A stretch of 64,000 nt of DNA from Planctomycetota bacterium (lineage in GTDB: Bacteria > Planctomycetota > UBA8108 > SXIK01), in contig CBDCXR010000004.1 in NCBI GenBank assembly GCA_965223845.1, forward strand, positions 4,736,001-4,800,000, in the 5' to 3' direction. Shown piece after piece: positions 37,798-47,066 of this stretch (position 1 is the first letter of the stretch; every line of letters begins with the position of its first letter). Position numbers and translations under genes: made by a program. The notes beneath the pieces were generated by a model. The model was not told the DNA's origin. It searched no databases and saw only the letters and a list, made by a program, of their open reading frames with translations.

Positions 37798-38886
37798 ATG
37801 AACACGTTCGACATCTACCTCGCCCCGAGCGAGGGGCCGGCGAATTGGTCGGCGCTTTGCGATCATCTTCGCGGCATTCCGCACCTCCACCGCTCGCCGA
37901 GCGAACCCGAGCTCCTCCGCTACTTCAATCGCGACACCACCACACACTTCAACATCGTTCTCGGTCCCGAAGTGCTGCGCGCCGCGTTCCCCTCGGAGGC
38001 GTCGATGCCGGAGCGCATCGACGCCCTCAGCGAAGCGTCGGGTGGGACCGCGAGCTCGCGCGCGGACGAGGAGGACGACGCGGAGCCCTACCCTCCGGAC
38101 GACGACGAAGAGGAATTCGACGACGATGGCGAGCCGGCCGAGCTCGGCCCGGAGATTCCGGCGGTTCACCTGCAAGTGCCGCTCTTTCGTCCGACCTTCT
38201 TCATCCGAGAGGCCCTCGCGCTCGGCGAAGGCCTCGCCGAAGCGGCCGGCGCCCATCTGGTATCCGACGCCGACGACGGCGAAGGCGGGGAGGACGGGGA
38301 CAACTCGCTCGGTGACGCCGCCGCAGTGGAGACGGCGTGGCGCGCCGCGAATCGCGCGCTCTTTCGCACCCTCGACGGCCGCGCCCGCGTGGAAGTCTGG
38401 AGTGAAGACCGCTGCGCGGAGTTCTACGCGTACGGCGCCAAACTGGATGAACTTCGCCGCCGGTTCGAGCCCGAGGGCCTGGAGGTCCTCCCGATTCAGC
38501 TCGCCGCGCACGGCGATGGCACCCAAACGCTGTGCGTTTGGCGGATCGATCGGCCCGCGGTCCTACCGAAAACGGATCTCGTTCTCGTCGAACGCCCGAG
38601 CGAGAAGCGCGGACTCCTCCGGCGGAGGCGCATCGAAGAGATCATCGTCTCGGGCAAAGACGTCTGGGATCGCGTCGTTCCCTTCGCGGAGAGCCAGTAC
38701 GACCCCGTCCCGATGCTCCTCGTCAGAAGCGCGGCCGACTCGAACGCTCAGCTCGCGACGAGTCTCGAAGCGCTCGAGGGCGTCCCGGCTTCAAACGCGA
38801 AGAGAACTCAATTCGGCGCGGCGTCCATCGTCGACTTTTCGATCGACGACGCCAAAGGTCCCGCGGGCACGACGACCTTCGATTGA
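37798..38886 (+). CDS. Hypothetical acidic protein
   Basis: 362-aa ORF with RBS AGGAG, genome-typical codon usage and D/E-rich linkers; no family recognised. Confidence 0.7.
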   Translation: MNTFDIYLAPSEGPANWSALCDHLRGIPHLHRSPSEPELLRYFNRDTTTHFNIVLGPEVLRAAFPSEASMPERIDALSEASGGTASSRADEEDDAEPYPPDDDEEEFDDDGEPAELGPEIPAVHLQVPLFRPTFFIREALALGEGLAEAAGAHLVSDADDGEGGEDGDNSLGDAAAVETAWRAANRALFRTLDGRARVEVWSEDRCAEFYAYGAKLDELRRRFEPEGLEVLPIQLAAHGDGTQTLCVWRIDRPAVLPKTDLVLVERPSEKRGLLRRRRIEEIIVSGKDVWDRVVPFAESQYDPVPMLLVRSAADSNAQLATSLEALEGVPASNAKRTQFGAASIVDFSIDDAKGPAGTTTFD

Positions 38887-38913
38887 GCCGCGGCGCGACG
38901 CCGGCCCGAGAAG

Positions 38914-39564
38914 CTACAGCGGCGGGCCGTCTTCGTCGGTCCCGGCTTCGGGATTCTGGAAGTGGCTCTCCTGTACGGGAACCACTTCCTCGAGGATCTG
39001 CTGCAGAATCGCGCCGGGACTGCCGACCGCGTCGACTTCCGCGATCGGGGTTCCTCGGTCGGCGTAGAACTCGAGAACCGGCAAGGTCTCGCGCTCGAAC
39101 ACATCCCAGCGCTTGCGAATCGTTTCTTCGCGCGCGTCGTCGGCGCGATTCTCCTTGAGAGCACGACGGGTCAACCGCCGAATCATCTCTTCCTTGTCCG
39201 TGCAGATGAGGTGCACGACCTTCAGCACCTCGATCGTGTCCTTGACGAGCCCCGCTTGCTCCGTGTTCCGCGGGATGCCGTCGAGGATGAGAAGGTCCAC
39301 GGTCGGCTTGTAGAGGCTGAGCACCGTCTGAGCGTGGAGATTCTGCTTCCACATGCCGACCGTCACCTCGTCGGGAACGAGCTCGCCCTTCGACGAGTGT
39401 TCGGCGAAGAGGCGACCGAGGTCGGACGAGACGTCGATCGTCCGAAATACTTCACCGCACGAGAGGTGAAAGAAGCCCGGAATCTGGCCGAGGATCTTTC
39501 CCTGCGTTCCCTTTCCCGCTCCGGGCGCACCGAAAAGAAGTACGGTGTTGTAAGCCGTAGACAT
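38914..39564 (-). CDS. adk: Adenylate/nucleoside monophosphate kinase (short LID)
   Basis: LLFGAPGAGKGTQ, HLSCGEVFR, GELVPD, LDGIPRN, RADD; start ATG 39564 inferred. Confidence 0.8.
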   Translation of the reverse strand: MSTAYNTVLLFGAPGAGKGTQGKILGQIPGFFHLSCGEVFRTIDVSSDLGRLFAEHSSKGELVPDEVTVGMWKQNLHAQTVLSLYKPTVDLLILDGIPRNTEQAGLVKDTIEVLKVVHLICTDKEEMIRRLTRRALKENRADDAREETIRKRWDVFERETLPVLEFYADRGTPIAEVDAVGSPGAILQQILEEVVPVQESHFQNPEAGTDEDGPPL

Positions 39565-39696
39565 ATTGTTCGTTTCCGCCGCGATGAGTTTTGGATTGAG
39601 CAGTTGCATGATATTCGCTACCAGCGGGAATCGGTACTCGTTCCTCCGGCCGGAGTGCAAGCGGAGTGCCGGCGAAGGGAGCTGTCCGGACCCGAG

Positions 39697-40593
39697 CTAC
39701 GAGCGGCGCTGAGCCGAGATGAGAAACGTGCCGCCCGCGACCATCGCGATGCCCGCGACCCACTCGTCGAACGCTAGGGTGACGCCCAGAACCGAGCTCG
39801 CGAGGAGCGCGGTGACGAACGGACCGGCGAGGTGCGCCGAGGCCGCGATCGTCGCGCCGAGGCTTCGAATCGCGGCGATGTAGAGGACGTGCGAGAGCGC
39901 GATGCCGACGAGGGAGGATGTGAGGATCCACGTCCAACCCTCGCCGTCGAGGCGGGAGGTCGCCGTCCAGTCACCGCAGGCAGCCATGAGGACGATCGCC
40001 CCGGCGGCGACGTACTGCGCGATCACGCCGAAGCCGAGAATCGGGGAGACATCGGTCATGAATCGGCGGAGCGCGACCGCGTAGAGTCCAAAAAACGCAC
40101 AGCAGAACACCATGATGACGATCCCGGTGGCGGTCGTCTCGTCCGCCGCGTCCGTCCAGATCCCCTGGAGGTAAGAGAGGCCGACGAAGCCGCCGATGGT
40201 GAGGGCGAGACCGAGGCGGAATCTCCCGGAGCGGAGGAGGTACCGCTCGTCTGGGAAGAGGAGCATAGCCCCGACGAGCGCGAAGACCATCGACCCTTTG
40301 AGGAGGAATCCGATCAGCTCTGCCGGCAGATAGTACGGGCTCAGCGCCCAGAGCACCTGTCCACCGAGCGAGCACGCCGCCGGAACGAGGGCACGCTTCC
40401 AAATCCCGGGGGGAAGGGTCCCGCGCCGCCAGGAGGCGAGAACGAACGGAAGGAAGAGCAGGGCGGAGAACGGATAGCGGAGACCGTTCGCCGTCCACGC
40501 GTCGACGTGATCGACGAGCAGCTTGAGGAGTACGGGCGTGGCTCCCCACGCGACGACGTTGATGACGAGAGCGATCGTGGCGCGCGGGTGCAT
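39697..40593 (-). CDS. DMT/EamA family transporter
   Basis: ~10 TM helices, two EamA-like halves (AWGAT.V..K; GPFVTALLAS..LG). Confidence 0.85.
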   Translation of the reverse strand: MHPRATIALVINVVAWGATPVLLKLLVDHVDAWTANGLRYPFSALLFLPFVLASWRRGTLPPGIWKRALVPAACSLGGQVLWALSPYYLPAELIGFLLKGSMVFALVGAMLLFPDERYLLRSGRFRLGLALTIGGFVGLSYLQGIWTDAADETTATGIVIMVFCCAFFGLYAVALRRFMTDVSPILGFGVIAQYVAAGAIVLMAACGDWTATSRLDGEGWTWILTSSLVGIALSHVLYIAAIRSLGATIAASAHLAGPFVTALLASSVLGVTLAFDEWVAGIAMVAGGTFLISAQRRS

Positions 40594-40681
40594 GGGCCCA
40601 CGAGTCTACCAGCTCTCCCTCGAACGGAAAGAGAGCCCGAGACCGGTTCGCCCGGCGGCGCGAACGGACCTAGCGGCCGCT

Positions 40682-41716
40682 CTACGCCCCCCGCGGTTTC
40701 GGGGCGGCCGACGGGTCTTGCGGCGACTCGACTCGACGGCGCGCGACGTCCTCTCGCCACCACTCGCGCCAGCGCTTCACGTCGGTCCCGAACTCCTGCC
40801 GCGAGATCTTGAACATGACGCGCAGCCGAGCGCGAAGCTCGACGCGACGTACGTGGACGTCGGCGACGACTCCAGTACTGCTCGTTCGAATGACCGGATC
40901 CGCGACTTCGACGATCGAAAACCCCGCGCCGCCCGATACGAGCTCGTAGTCGCCGATGTAAGAGCGCTGGGTCCCGCGAAAGATGACCGCGCGGCCGAAT
41001 CCCGACCAAGACATTTCGAGACTGCCGATGAGATCGGGCATCACGCGTCGACTCGGAAAGACGGAGAGCGCGTTGGCCGCGTAGGTGCGCTGGCGCGACG
41101 AGGAACTGCGCAGAAACGGTGCGAATCGCTGCGCGATCGAGTCCTTCGTCGCCGGCAAGTTCTGCAGCGCCGATAGGCTGCCGTCCCGAACGCTGCGGTA
41201 GCGATCGCGGACCGCGGCCTCGACGAGCGGCTGGACCGCGATGTTCGATTTCGACGCGCCGAGCTCGCGCGCGGCGAGGAGGCGCGCCTCCTTCTTCGTA
41301 CTCTTCGCGAGGGTATGCGCGAGGCAATCGACACGATACGCCGGTGCGAGCGCCGAAAACTTTGCCTTGGCGTCTTCCGCTTTCTTGCCTCCCTTCACCC
41401 AGGTCTCGAGCTGGCGCATGGCGGTTCGCCGGCGCTTTTCCGTCTCCTTGCGGAGAGTGCGCACTTTCTCCGCAAGAGTCACCGTCTCGCCGCGAAACTC
41501 GACCATCTCCTTCCGTCGAGTGATCTTGGCGACGTCCTTCCCGCGGATGAAGACGACATCGCCTTCCTCTCGCGTGATGCGGTAGTCGCTCCCAACCTTC
41601 GTCAGGCCGAATCCGCGGACGCGGCGGCCGCTTTTCAGCTCGACCACATCCGCCGAAACGAGCGGAGCGAGCAGGAGCACGACGAGTACGGGTGCCGCTA
41701 GGCGATCGAATCTCAT
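40682..41716 (-). CDS. Secreted HEAT-repeat protein
   Basis: Signal peptide then 'ADVVELKSG'; HEAT-like ARLLAARELG / VRDGSLSAL / RTYAANAL; C-terminal FG.D...W.EWW. Confidence 0.7.
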   Translation of the reverse strand: MRFDRLAAPVLVVLLLAPLVSADVVELKSGRRVRGFGLTKVGSDYRITREEGDVVFIRGKDVAKITRRKEMVEFRGETVTLAEKVRTLRKETEKRRRTAMRQLETWVKGGKKAEDAKAKFSALAPAYRVDCLAHTLAKSTKKEARLLAARELGASKSNIAVQPLVEAAVRDRYRSVRDGSLSALQNLPATKDSIAQRFAPFLRSSSSRQRTYAANALSVFPSRRVMPDLIGSLEMSWSGFGRAVIFRGTQRSYIGDYELVSGGAGFSIVEVADPVIRTSSTGVVADVHVRRVELRARLRVMFKISRQEFGTDVKRWREWWREDVARRRVESPQDPSAAPKPRGA

Positions 41717-41900
41717 GGCAGGTACCTCCGGAGAGCAAACGTCACGGAAGGGAGCCGGAGATGCGATGGAACCCGCCGGTTGTCATCGTTTCGTCACACG
41801 GGGAGACGAGATCCGACATCTCGCAGCCACGACGCTCGATCGAGTCGCCGAGAGTCCGGGCGAGACCGAAAGGGCAAGGATTCGTCGACGCGCGGTCGAG

Positions 41901-42302
41901 CTACGAGCTCAAGACGACCGTCAAGCTCTTCTGGACGAGCTCGGCTCGGTTCGTGACGTCGAGCTTCCGATAGACGCGGCGCAGATGCGACGCGACGGTC
42001 GCGGTCTTGATGTCGAGCTCGCGCGCGATCTGGTGGTTGTGGAGGCCGACTCCGGCGAGACGAACCACCTCGCGCTCGCGGTCGGTGAGCGACTTGTGGT
42101 TGTCGCCTGCGACGCGGACGAGAAAAAACGTGGCGCCTGGGCGCTCTTCTTGCGCGAGGACCTCCGGCAGCCCCTCGAGCTCGGCGGCCACGGCAGCAGC
42201 CTCCTTCTCGGCGATCTTGACGAGCCGATGGAGGATCTCGTTCAGCCTCCGACGCGAAGCCGTCGCCTGGGGTTCCGCCCCTTCTGACTGCGGATTGACC
42301 AT
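41901..42302 (-). CDS. LuxR-type HTH transcriptional regulator (no receiver domain)
   Basis: LTDREREVVRLAGVGLHNHQIARELDIKTATVASHLRRVYRKLDV.NRAEL. Confidence 0.85.
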   Translation of the reverse strand: MVNPQSEGAEPQATASRRRLNEILHRLVKIAEKEAAAVAAELEGLPEVLAQEERPGATFFLVRVAGDNHKSLTDREREVVRLAGVGLHNHQIARELDIKTATVASHLRRVYRKLDVTNRAELVQKSLTVVLSS

Positions 42303-42595
42303 GTGTCTGCTCCGGAATGACCGGTTTCTACTCCCCGAATGAACGGGTTGCCCCTAACGGGTCAGCCGACCTTCCCACGTGGTGAATCTCCGTCGAGGGG
42401 GCATGGTACCTCGCTTTCGTCGGCGGATGCAATGGATGGAGCACAGAAAATGTCCCAGCGGACGACGAATTGATCACCTTCGGTGCAGCGCTGCGACGGC
42501 TCGACCTGGAATCCTCCGCCGCAGTCCAAGCGTCAACCCCCGCCTAGTAAGGAAGATAGGTCCGATCTGACTACGTCTGAACGCCTCCTTGAGTC

Positions 42596-42635
42596 AGGTA
42601 CAAACCTTGCCCCGCGACGAGCCGGGCAAGGTTTG
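42596..42635 (+). promoter_or_regulatory. Sigma54-like element overlapping a perfect 12-bp inverted repeat
   Basis: AGGTACAAACCTTGC = GG-N10-GC (42597-42610); CAAACCTTGCCC(42601-12)/GGGCAAGGTTTG(42624-35). Confidence 0.45.
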
Positions 42636-42663
42636 ACCGTCTCACACCCACAGGAGGATCTTC

Positions 42664-43020
42664 ATGCGTGGCGCATTGGCGATCGTAGCGGTTGTGCTCG
42701 CTTCTTCAGTAGCGAATGCTCAAACCGGTGATCTGGAAGAGATCATCGGGAAGCGAGGCGACGCGAACAACGACGATTCAGTGAATGTTTCCGATCTAGT
42801 TTTTCTTCTCAACTATCTGTCGGGTGGTCCGACCCCAACCTGCATGGTCCAGGCAGACGTAAACGATGATGGCAGCGTAAACATCGCGGATACCGCGTAC
42901 CTGTCAAACTGGCTGTTGTCGAGCGGACCAGCTCCGCCCGCACCGGGCCCAGTCAATCCAAACTGCGACCCTGACACAACCCCAGCCTGGCTCGGGTGCT
43001 ACTACTACTATTGTGAGTAG
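42664..43020 (+). CDS. Small secreted single-dockerin protein
   Basis: RBS AGGAGG; signal peptide ANA-Q; RGDANNDDSVNVSD...C...ADVNDDGSVNIAD...GPAPPAP. Confidence 0.82.
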   Translation: MRGALAIVAVVLASSVANAQTGDLEEIIGKRGDANNDDSVNVSDLVFLLNYLSGGPTPTCMVQADVNDDGSVNIADTAYLSNWLLSSGPAPPAPGPVNPNCDPDTTPAWLGCYYYYCE

Positions 43021-43059
43021 CTGGATCCGTCGCGGTTGTCGCGGTTCCGAGGTTTTCGT

Positions 43060-43893
43060 ATGATTGCGAAAACCTCGGAATCAGCACCAGTGACAGATCC
43101 TCCTAGCGACCTCCTGCCCCGCCCCGACGATGCGCTTCCCCCCGGCTGGCTGCAGCTGTATTTAGGTGAAGCAGAGCTCAATCGAGCGTTCGAGGCTCTC
43201 GAACATCGGAATCACTTTCACACGTTTACGATGCGCGGGCGCATTCGGATGACGCAGCTCCGTTTCGAGGAAGCGTGGAATCTCTTCGACGAGGCGACGA
43301 GGCGTCTTCCCCCGAACGAAACCGTCACTGACCTCGTTCGGGCGTTTATTCTCGAGTTCTACAAGTTCGAGACCCTCCTGATCCAAAGCGAAGAGCTCGT
43401 TGAGCTCGACGAGGGCGTCGAATCGTTCATCCCGGTACTCCCGGAAGAGCTCGCGGATCGCTATCCCGAGGTGCAGCTCGCGATTTGGCTGCGACAGTCG
43501 GCCGATGGTCTCTACTGGCTCAATCGCGGCGATTCAGAACGTGCGCTTCGAGTGTTCGGATCGCTCACCCAAGTCAAGCCGGATGCGACAACCTTCACCA
43601 GCATTCACCTTGCGTGCTGCTACTTCAATCTCGGCCAGTTCGACCAAGGTCTCGCCCTGCTTGAATCAGCCGGTTTCGGTTGTCGCACCTGCAAGTGGCG
43701 ACTCAACGAGCTTCACTCCGCGACGTTGATCGCCGCCCTCTACGATTGGCTCGAAGCGCGACGCGAAGCTGCGGAATGGAACGCGTACGTCGACCGACTC
43801 GAATGCCCATCGGCGACCAAAGAGACCTTTCGCGACCGCGCTCGTCTCATCCTCCTCCGCCGCGAGCAGTACTCGCGGTTTGCGGTCGTCTGA
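43060..43893 (+). CDS. Hypothetical TPR-like helical protein
   Basis: 277-aa ORF with TPR-like segments (IHLACCYFNLGQFDQGLALLE); start could be 43036 or 43060. Confidence 0.6.
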   Translation: MIAKTSESAPVTDPPSDLLPRPDDALPPGWLQLYLGEAELNRAFEALEHRNHFHTFTMRGRIRMTQLRFEEAWNLFDEATRRLPPNETVTDLVRAFILEFYKFETLLIQSEELVELDEGVESFIPVLPEELADRYPEVQLAIWLRQSADGLYWLNRGDSERALRVFGSLTQVKPDATTFTSIHLACCYFNLGQFDQGLALLESAGFGCRTCKWRLNELHSATLIAALYDWLEARREAAEWNAYVDRLECPSATKETFRDRARLILLRREQYSRFAVV

Positions 43894-43900
43894 CCCCGCC

Positions 43901-45067
43901 CTACTCGACCTCGAGCTCGACCGCGATGCGATCCGCGGCCGCCCAGCCTCGCCGCGTGAGACGCAGGGATTCGGTGTCCACCGTCGCGAGCCCGCTCGCG
44001 ACGAGCCGTTCGATCGTCGAGCGATTGAGCGCCGCGATGTCGACACCGAAGCGCGCCTGAAAATCGCGGAGCTCGACGCCGCGGGAGGTCCGAAGCCCGA
44101 GAAGGAGCGCCTCGAGCGCTAGTTGCCGCCGCGTGAGCGTTTCCTTGCCCGCGACGGGAAGCGATCCTCGCTCCACTCGTGCCGCCCAGTCGGCCACGGA
44201 ACGCTCATTCCACCATCGCCTCTCACCGTCGAACGAGTGGGCGGACGGCCCGATCCCCAGGTACGGGGCGTGGGCCCAGTACTTCTGATTGTGCACCGAG
44301 CGCGACTCCGGCCTCCGCGCGAAGTTCGAGACCTCGTAGGCCTCGAAGCCGGCCTCCACGAGGGCGCGGTGCGTCTCGACGAAGAACGTGTTCTGCTCGT
44401 CCTCGTCGAGCTCGGTGAGGCGACCTTTCTCGCGCCGGACGCCGAACGGCGTTCCGGCCGTCACCGTGAGCTGGTAGGCGGAGACGTGATCCGGCTCGGT
44501 CTCGACGGTGTCTCCGAGCGAACGCGACCACGCGCTGATCTCCTGCTCCGGAAGACCGTAGATGAGGTCGACGGAGACGATCGGGAATGCGGCCTCGTGT
44601 GCGCGCGCGATCGCCGCACGCGCCTCGTCTGCGGAGTGCCGCCGGCCGAGGAACGCGAGCTCGGAGTCGACGAACGACTGGACACCGAGGCTCACCGTCC
44701 GGACGCCGAGGTCGCGCCACGCCCGGAGTGCGTCCGGCCGCGCGTCCTCCGGATTGATTTCGAACGAAATCCACGCGCCCTCGTCGACCGCGAGGTGACG
44801 GCGCAGCGCCGCGAGCACTCGCTCGAGCTCGACCGCCTCGAGCATCGACGGCGTCCCGCCGCCGAAGTAGATCGTGTCGAACGCCAGCGCGCGCGACAGC
44901 TCAGCGTCCCCGAGGAGCTCGATCTCCCGGATGAGAACCTCGACGAACGCGGCCCGAGCCGCTCGTGACCCGGTCGTCACCGCGAAGTCGCAGTACGGAC
45001 ATATCGCCGAGCAGAAGGGCACGTGCACGTAGAGCCCGGCGCCGCGGCGAACCGCGTCGTCGCTCAT
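43901..45067 (-). CDS. hemW: Radical SAM heme chaperone HemW (HemN-like)
   Basis: GLYVHVPFC..ICPYCDF, TIYFGGGTPS, SLGVQSF, YEVSNF, HNQKYW, YLGIGPSAH; directly downstream of lepA (ATGA overlap). Confidence 0.9.
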   Translation of the reverse strand: MSDDAVRRGAGLYVHVPFCSAICPYCDFAVTTGSRAARAAFVEVLIREIELLGDAELSRALAFDTIYFGGGTPSMLEAVELERVLAALRRHLAVDEGAWISFEINPEDARPDALRAWRDLGVRTVSLGVQSFVDSELAFLGRRHSADEARAAIARAHEAAFPIVSVDLIYGLPEQEISAWSRSLGDTVETEPDHVSAYQLTVTAGTPFGVRREKGRLTELDEDEQNTFFVETHRALVEAGFEAYEVSNFARRPESRSVHNQKYWAHAPYLGIGPSAHSFDGERRWWNERSVADWAARVERGSLPVAGKETLTRRQLALEALLLGLRTSRGVELRDFQARFGVDIAALNRSTIERLVASGLATVDTESLRLTRRGWAAADRIAVELEVE

Positions 45068-46863
45068 TGCTCCGTATCGGTGCGGAGCACGGCGACGAAG
45101 GCCTCCTGCGGGATCTCGACCGAGCCGACCATCTTCATCTTGTGCTTCCCCTTCTTCTGCTTCTCGAGGAGCTTCCGCTTCCGCGTGATGTCGCCGCCGT
45201 AGCACTTGGCGGTGACATCCTTCCGGAATGCGTTGATGGTGGTCCGCGCGATGACGTTGCCGCCGATCGCGCCCTGGATCGGGATCTTGAACTGCTGGCG
45301 GGGAATCGCCTTCGCGAGCTGTTCGCAGTAGTGAAGAGCTCGCGTTCGCGCCTTGTCCGCGTGGACGAGGTAGGAGAGCGCGTCGACCTTTTCCTTGTTG
45401 ACGAGGATGTCGACCTTGACGATATCGCCGACGCGGTAGTCGAGCTCGACGTAGTCGAAGGATCCGTAGCCGCGGGTGACCGTCTTCAGCTTGTCGTAGA
45501 AGTCGAAGAGAACCTCGCCGAGCGGCATCTCGCTGATCACCTCGCAGCGCCCGACGGCGAGGTAGTTCATCTTTACGTGCGCCGAGCGATGCTCGCGGCA
45601 GAGCTGCATCACGGCGCCGAGAAACTTCTCCGGCACGAGAATCGACGCCCGGATGTACGGCTCTTCGACCTCTTCGATGTCGCCGGGATCAGGCCAGTAG
45701 TAAGGATTGTCGACCTCCGGCGTGGAGCCGTCCTTCAGCTTCAGCTTGTAGTGGACCGACGGAGCCGAAAGGATGAGCGACATCCCGAATTCGCGCTGGA
45801 GCCGCTCTTGCACGACGTCGAGGTGGAGGAGCCCGAGAAAGCCGCAGCGAAAACCGAAGCCGAGAGCCGTCGACGAGTCCTTCTCGTATACGAGAGCCGC
45901 GTCATTGAGCGAGAGCTTTTCGAGCGCGCGCTGGAGATCCTGGTAGTCGTTCGTCACCATCGGATAGATCGACGAAAACACGACGGGCTTCGCTTCCTGA
46001 TAGCCGGGGATCGGCGCGTCAGCCGGGTTTGACTTGAGCGTGACGGTATCGCCGATGTTGATGTCGCGGATCGTCTTGATCCCGGCGATGACGTAGCCGA
46101 CGTCGCCCGCGACGAGCTCGGCCGTCTTGTTCCGCTTGATCTGGTTGAGCCCGACCTCCTCCACCTGGTAGTCGCGCTCGGTGTGCATGAAGTGGATCTC
46201 GTCGCCGGCCTTGAGTCGGCCGCTGCGAATGCGACAGAGCAGCACGACGCCGCGGTAGGCGTCGTAGTACGCGTCGAATATGAGCGCCTGGAGCGGCGCC
46301 TCGGGATCGCCAGTCGGGGGCGGCAGCTTCTCGACGATGCTTTCGAGGACATCCTCGATCCCGATTCCGTTCTTGGCCGAAATCGGGATAGCTTCGAAGG
46401 GGTCGAGGCCGAGATCGGCATCAATCTCTTCCCGGACGCGCTCGACGTCCGCCGCCGGGAGATCGATCTTGTTGATCACGGGCAGCATTTCGAGCTCGTA
46501 CTCGAGCGCGATGTAGAGGTTCGCGACCGTCTGCGCTTCGACGCCCTGGCTCGCGTCGACGATGATGATCGCCCCCTCGCAGGACATGAGGGAGCGGCGG
46601 ACCTCGTGGGAGAAGTCGACGTGTCCCGGCGTGTCGATCAGGTTGAGGGTGTACTCTTCGCCGTTCTTGGCGCGGTACTTGAGGGTGATCGTATTGCTCT
46701 TGATCGTGATGCCGCGCTCGCGCTCGATGTCCATCGAGTCGAGGATCTGATCACGAAATTGCCGCTCCTCGACGCCACCGCAGGTCTGGATGAGCCGGTC
46801 GGCGAGCGTCGACTTGCCGTGATCGATGTGCGCGATGATGCAGAAGTTGCGCGTCTTCTCCAT
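45064..46863 (-). CDS. lepA: Translation elongation factor 4
   Basis: RNFCIIAHIDHGKSTLADR, DTPGHVDF, NKID, GFRCGFLGLLH, RKDVTAKCYGGDITRKRKLLEKQK. Confidence 0.97.
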   Translation of the reverse strand: MEKTRNFCIIAHIDHGKSTLADRLIQTCGGVEERQFRDQILDSMDIERERGITIKSNTITLKYRAKNGEEYTLNLIDTPGHVDFSHEVRRSLMSCEGAIIIVDASQGVEAQTVANLYIALEYELEMLPVINKIDLPAADVERVREEIDADLGLDPFEAIPISAKNGIGIEDVLESIVEKLPPPTGDPEAPLQALIFDAYYDAYRGVVLLCRIRSGRLKAGDEIHFMHTERDYQVEEVGLNQIKRNKTAELVAGDVGYVIAGIKTIRDINIGDTVTLKSNPADAPIPGYQEAKPVVFSSIYPMVTNDYQDLQRALEKLSLNDAALVYEKDSSTALGFGFRCGFLGLLHLDVVQERLQREFGMSLILSAPSVHYKLKLKDGSTPEVDNPYYWPDPGDIEEVEEPYIRASILVPEKFLGAVMQLCREHRSAHVKMNYLAVGRCEVISEMPLGEVLFDFYDKLKTVTRGYGSFDYVELDYRVGDIVKVDILVNKEKVDALSYLVHADKARTRALHYCEQLAKAIPRQQFKIPIQGAIGGNVIARTTINAFRKDVTAKCYGGDITRKRKLLEKQKKGKHKMKMVGSVEIPQEAFVAVLRTDTEQ

Positions 46864-47025
46864 GTCGATCCTAGAGGACCACTCTCTCGCAAAAGCTCGC
46901 TCGCCGGGCCCCCCGGGCTTCGAATCACCGTCCCGGCCGGGAGTGGGGTCGGATCGGCGTTCGGACCGCCGCTCCGGAAGGCCATCGTTCGCCGCTCCCC
47001 CGACGCGGCGGATTAGAACGTGGCG

Positions 47026-47053
47026 ATTATAGATGCGGCGACTCGCCCTTCAA
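47026..47053 (-). promoter_or_regulatory. Sigma70 promoter of lepA-hemW
   Basis: Minus strand TTGAAG-16 nt-TATAAT, ~160 nt upstream of lepA. Confidence 0.6.
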
Positions 47054-47066
47054 GCGGCAGCTGCGA

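Noticed and set aside
42300-43900. Mobile element or prophage remnant in the lower-GC patch
   Set aside because: No transposase, integrase, terminal repeats or tRNA target were seen; kept only as a compositional anomaly.
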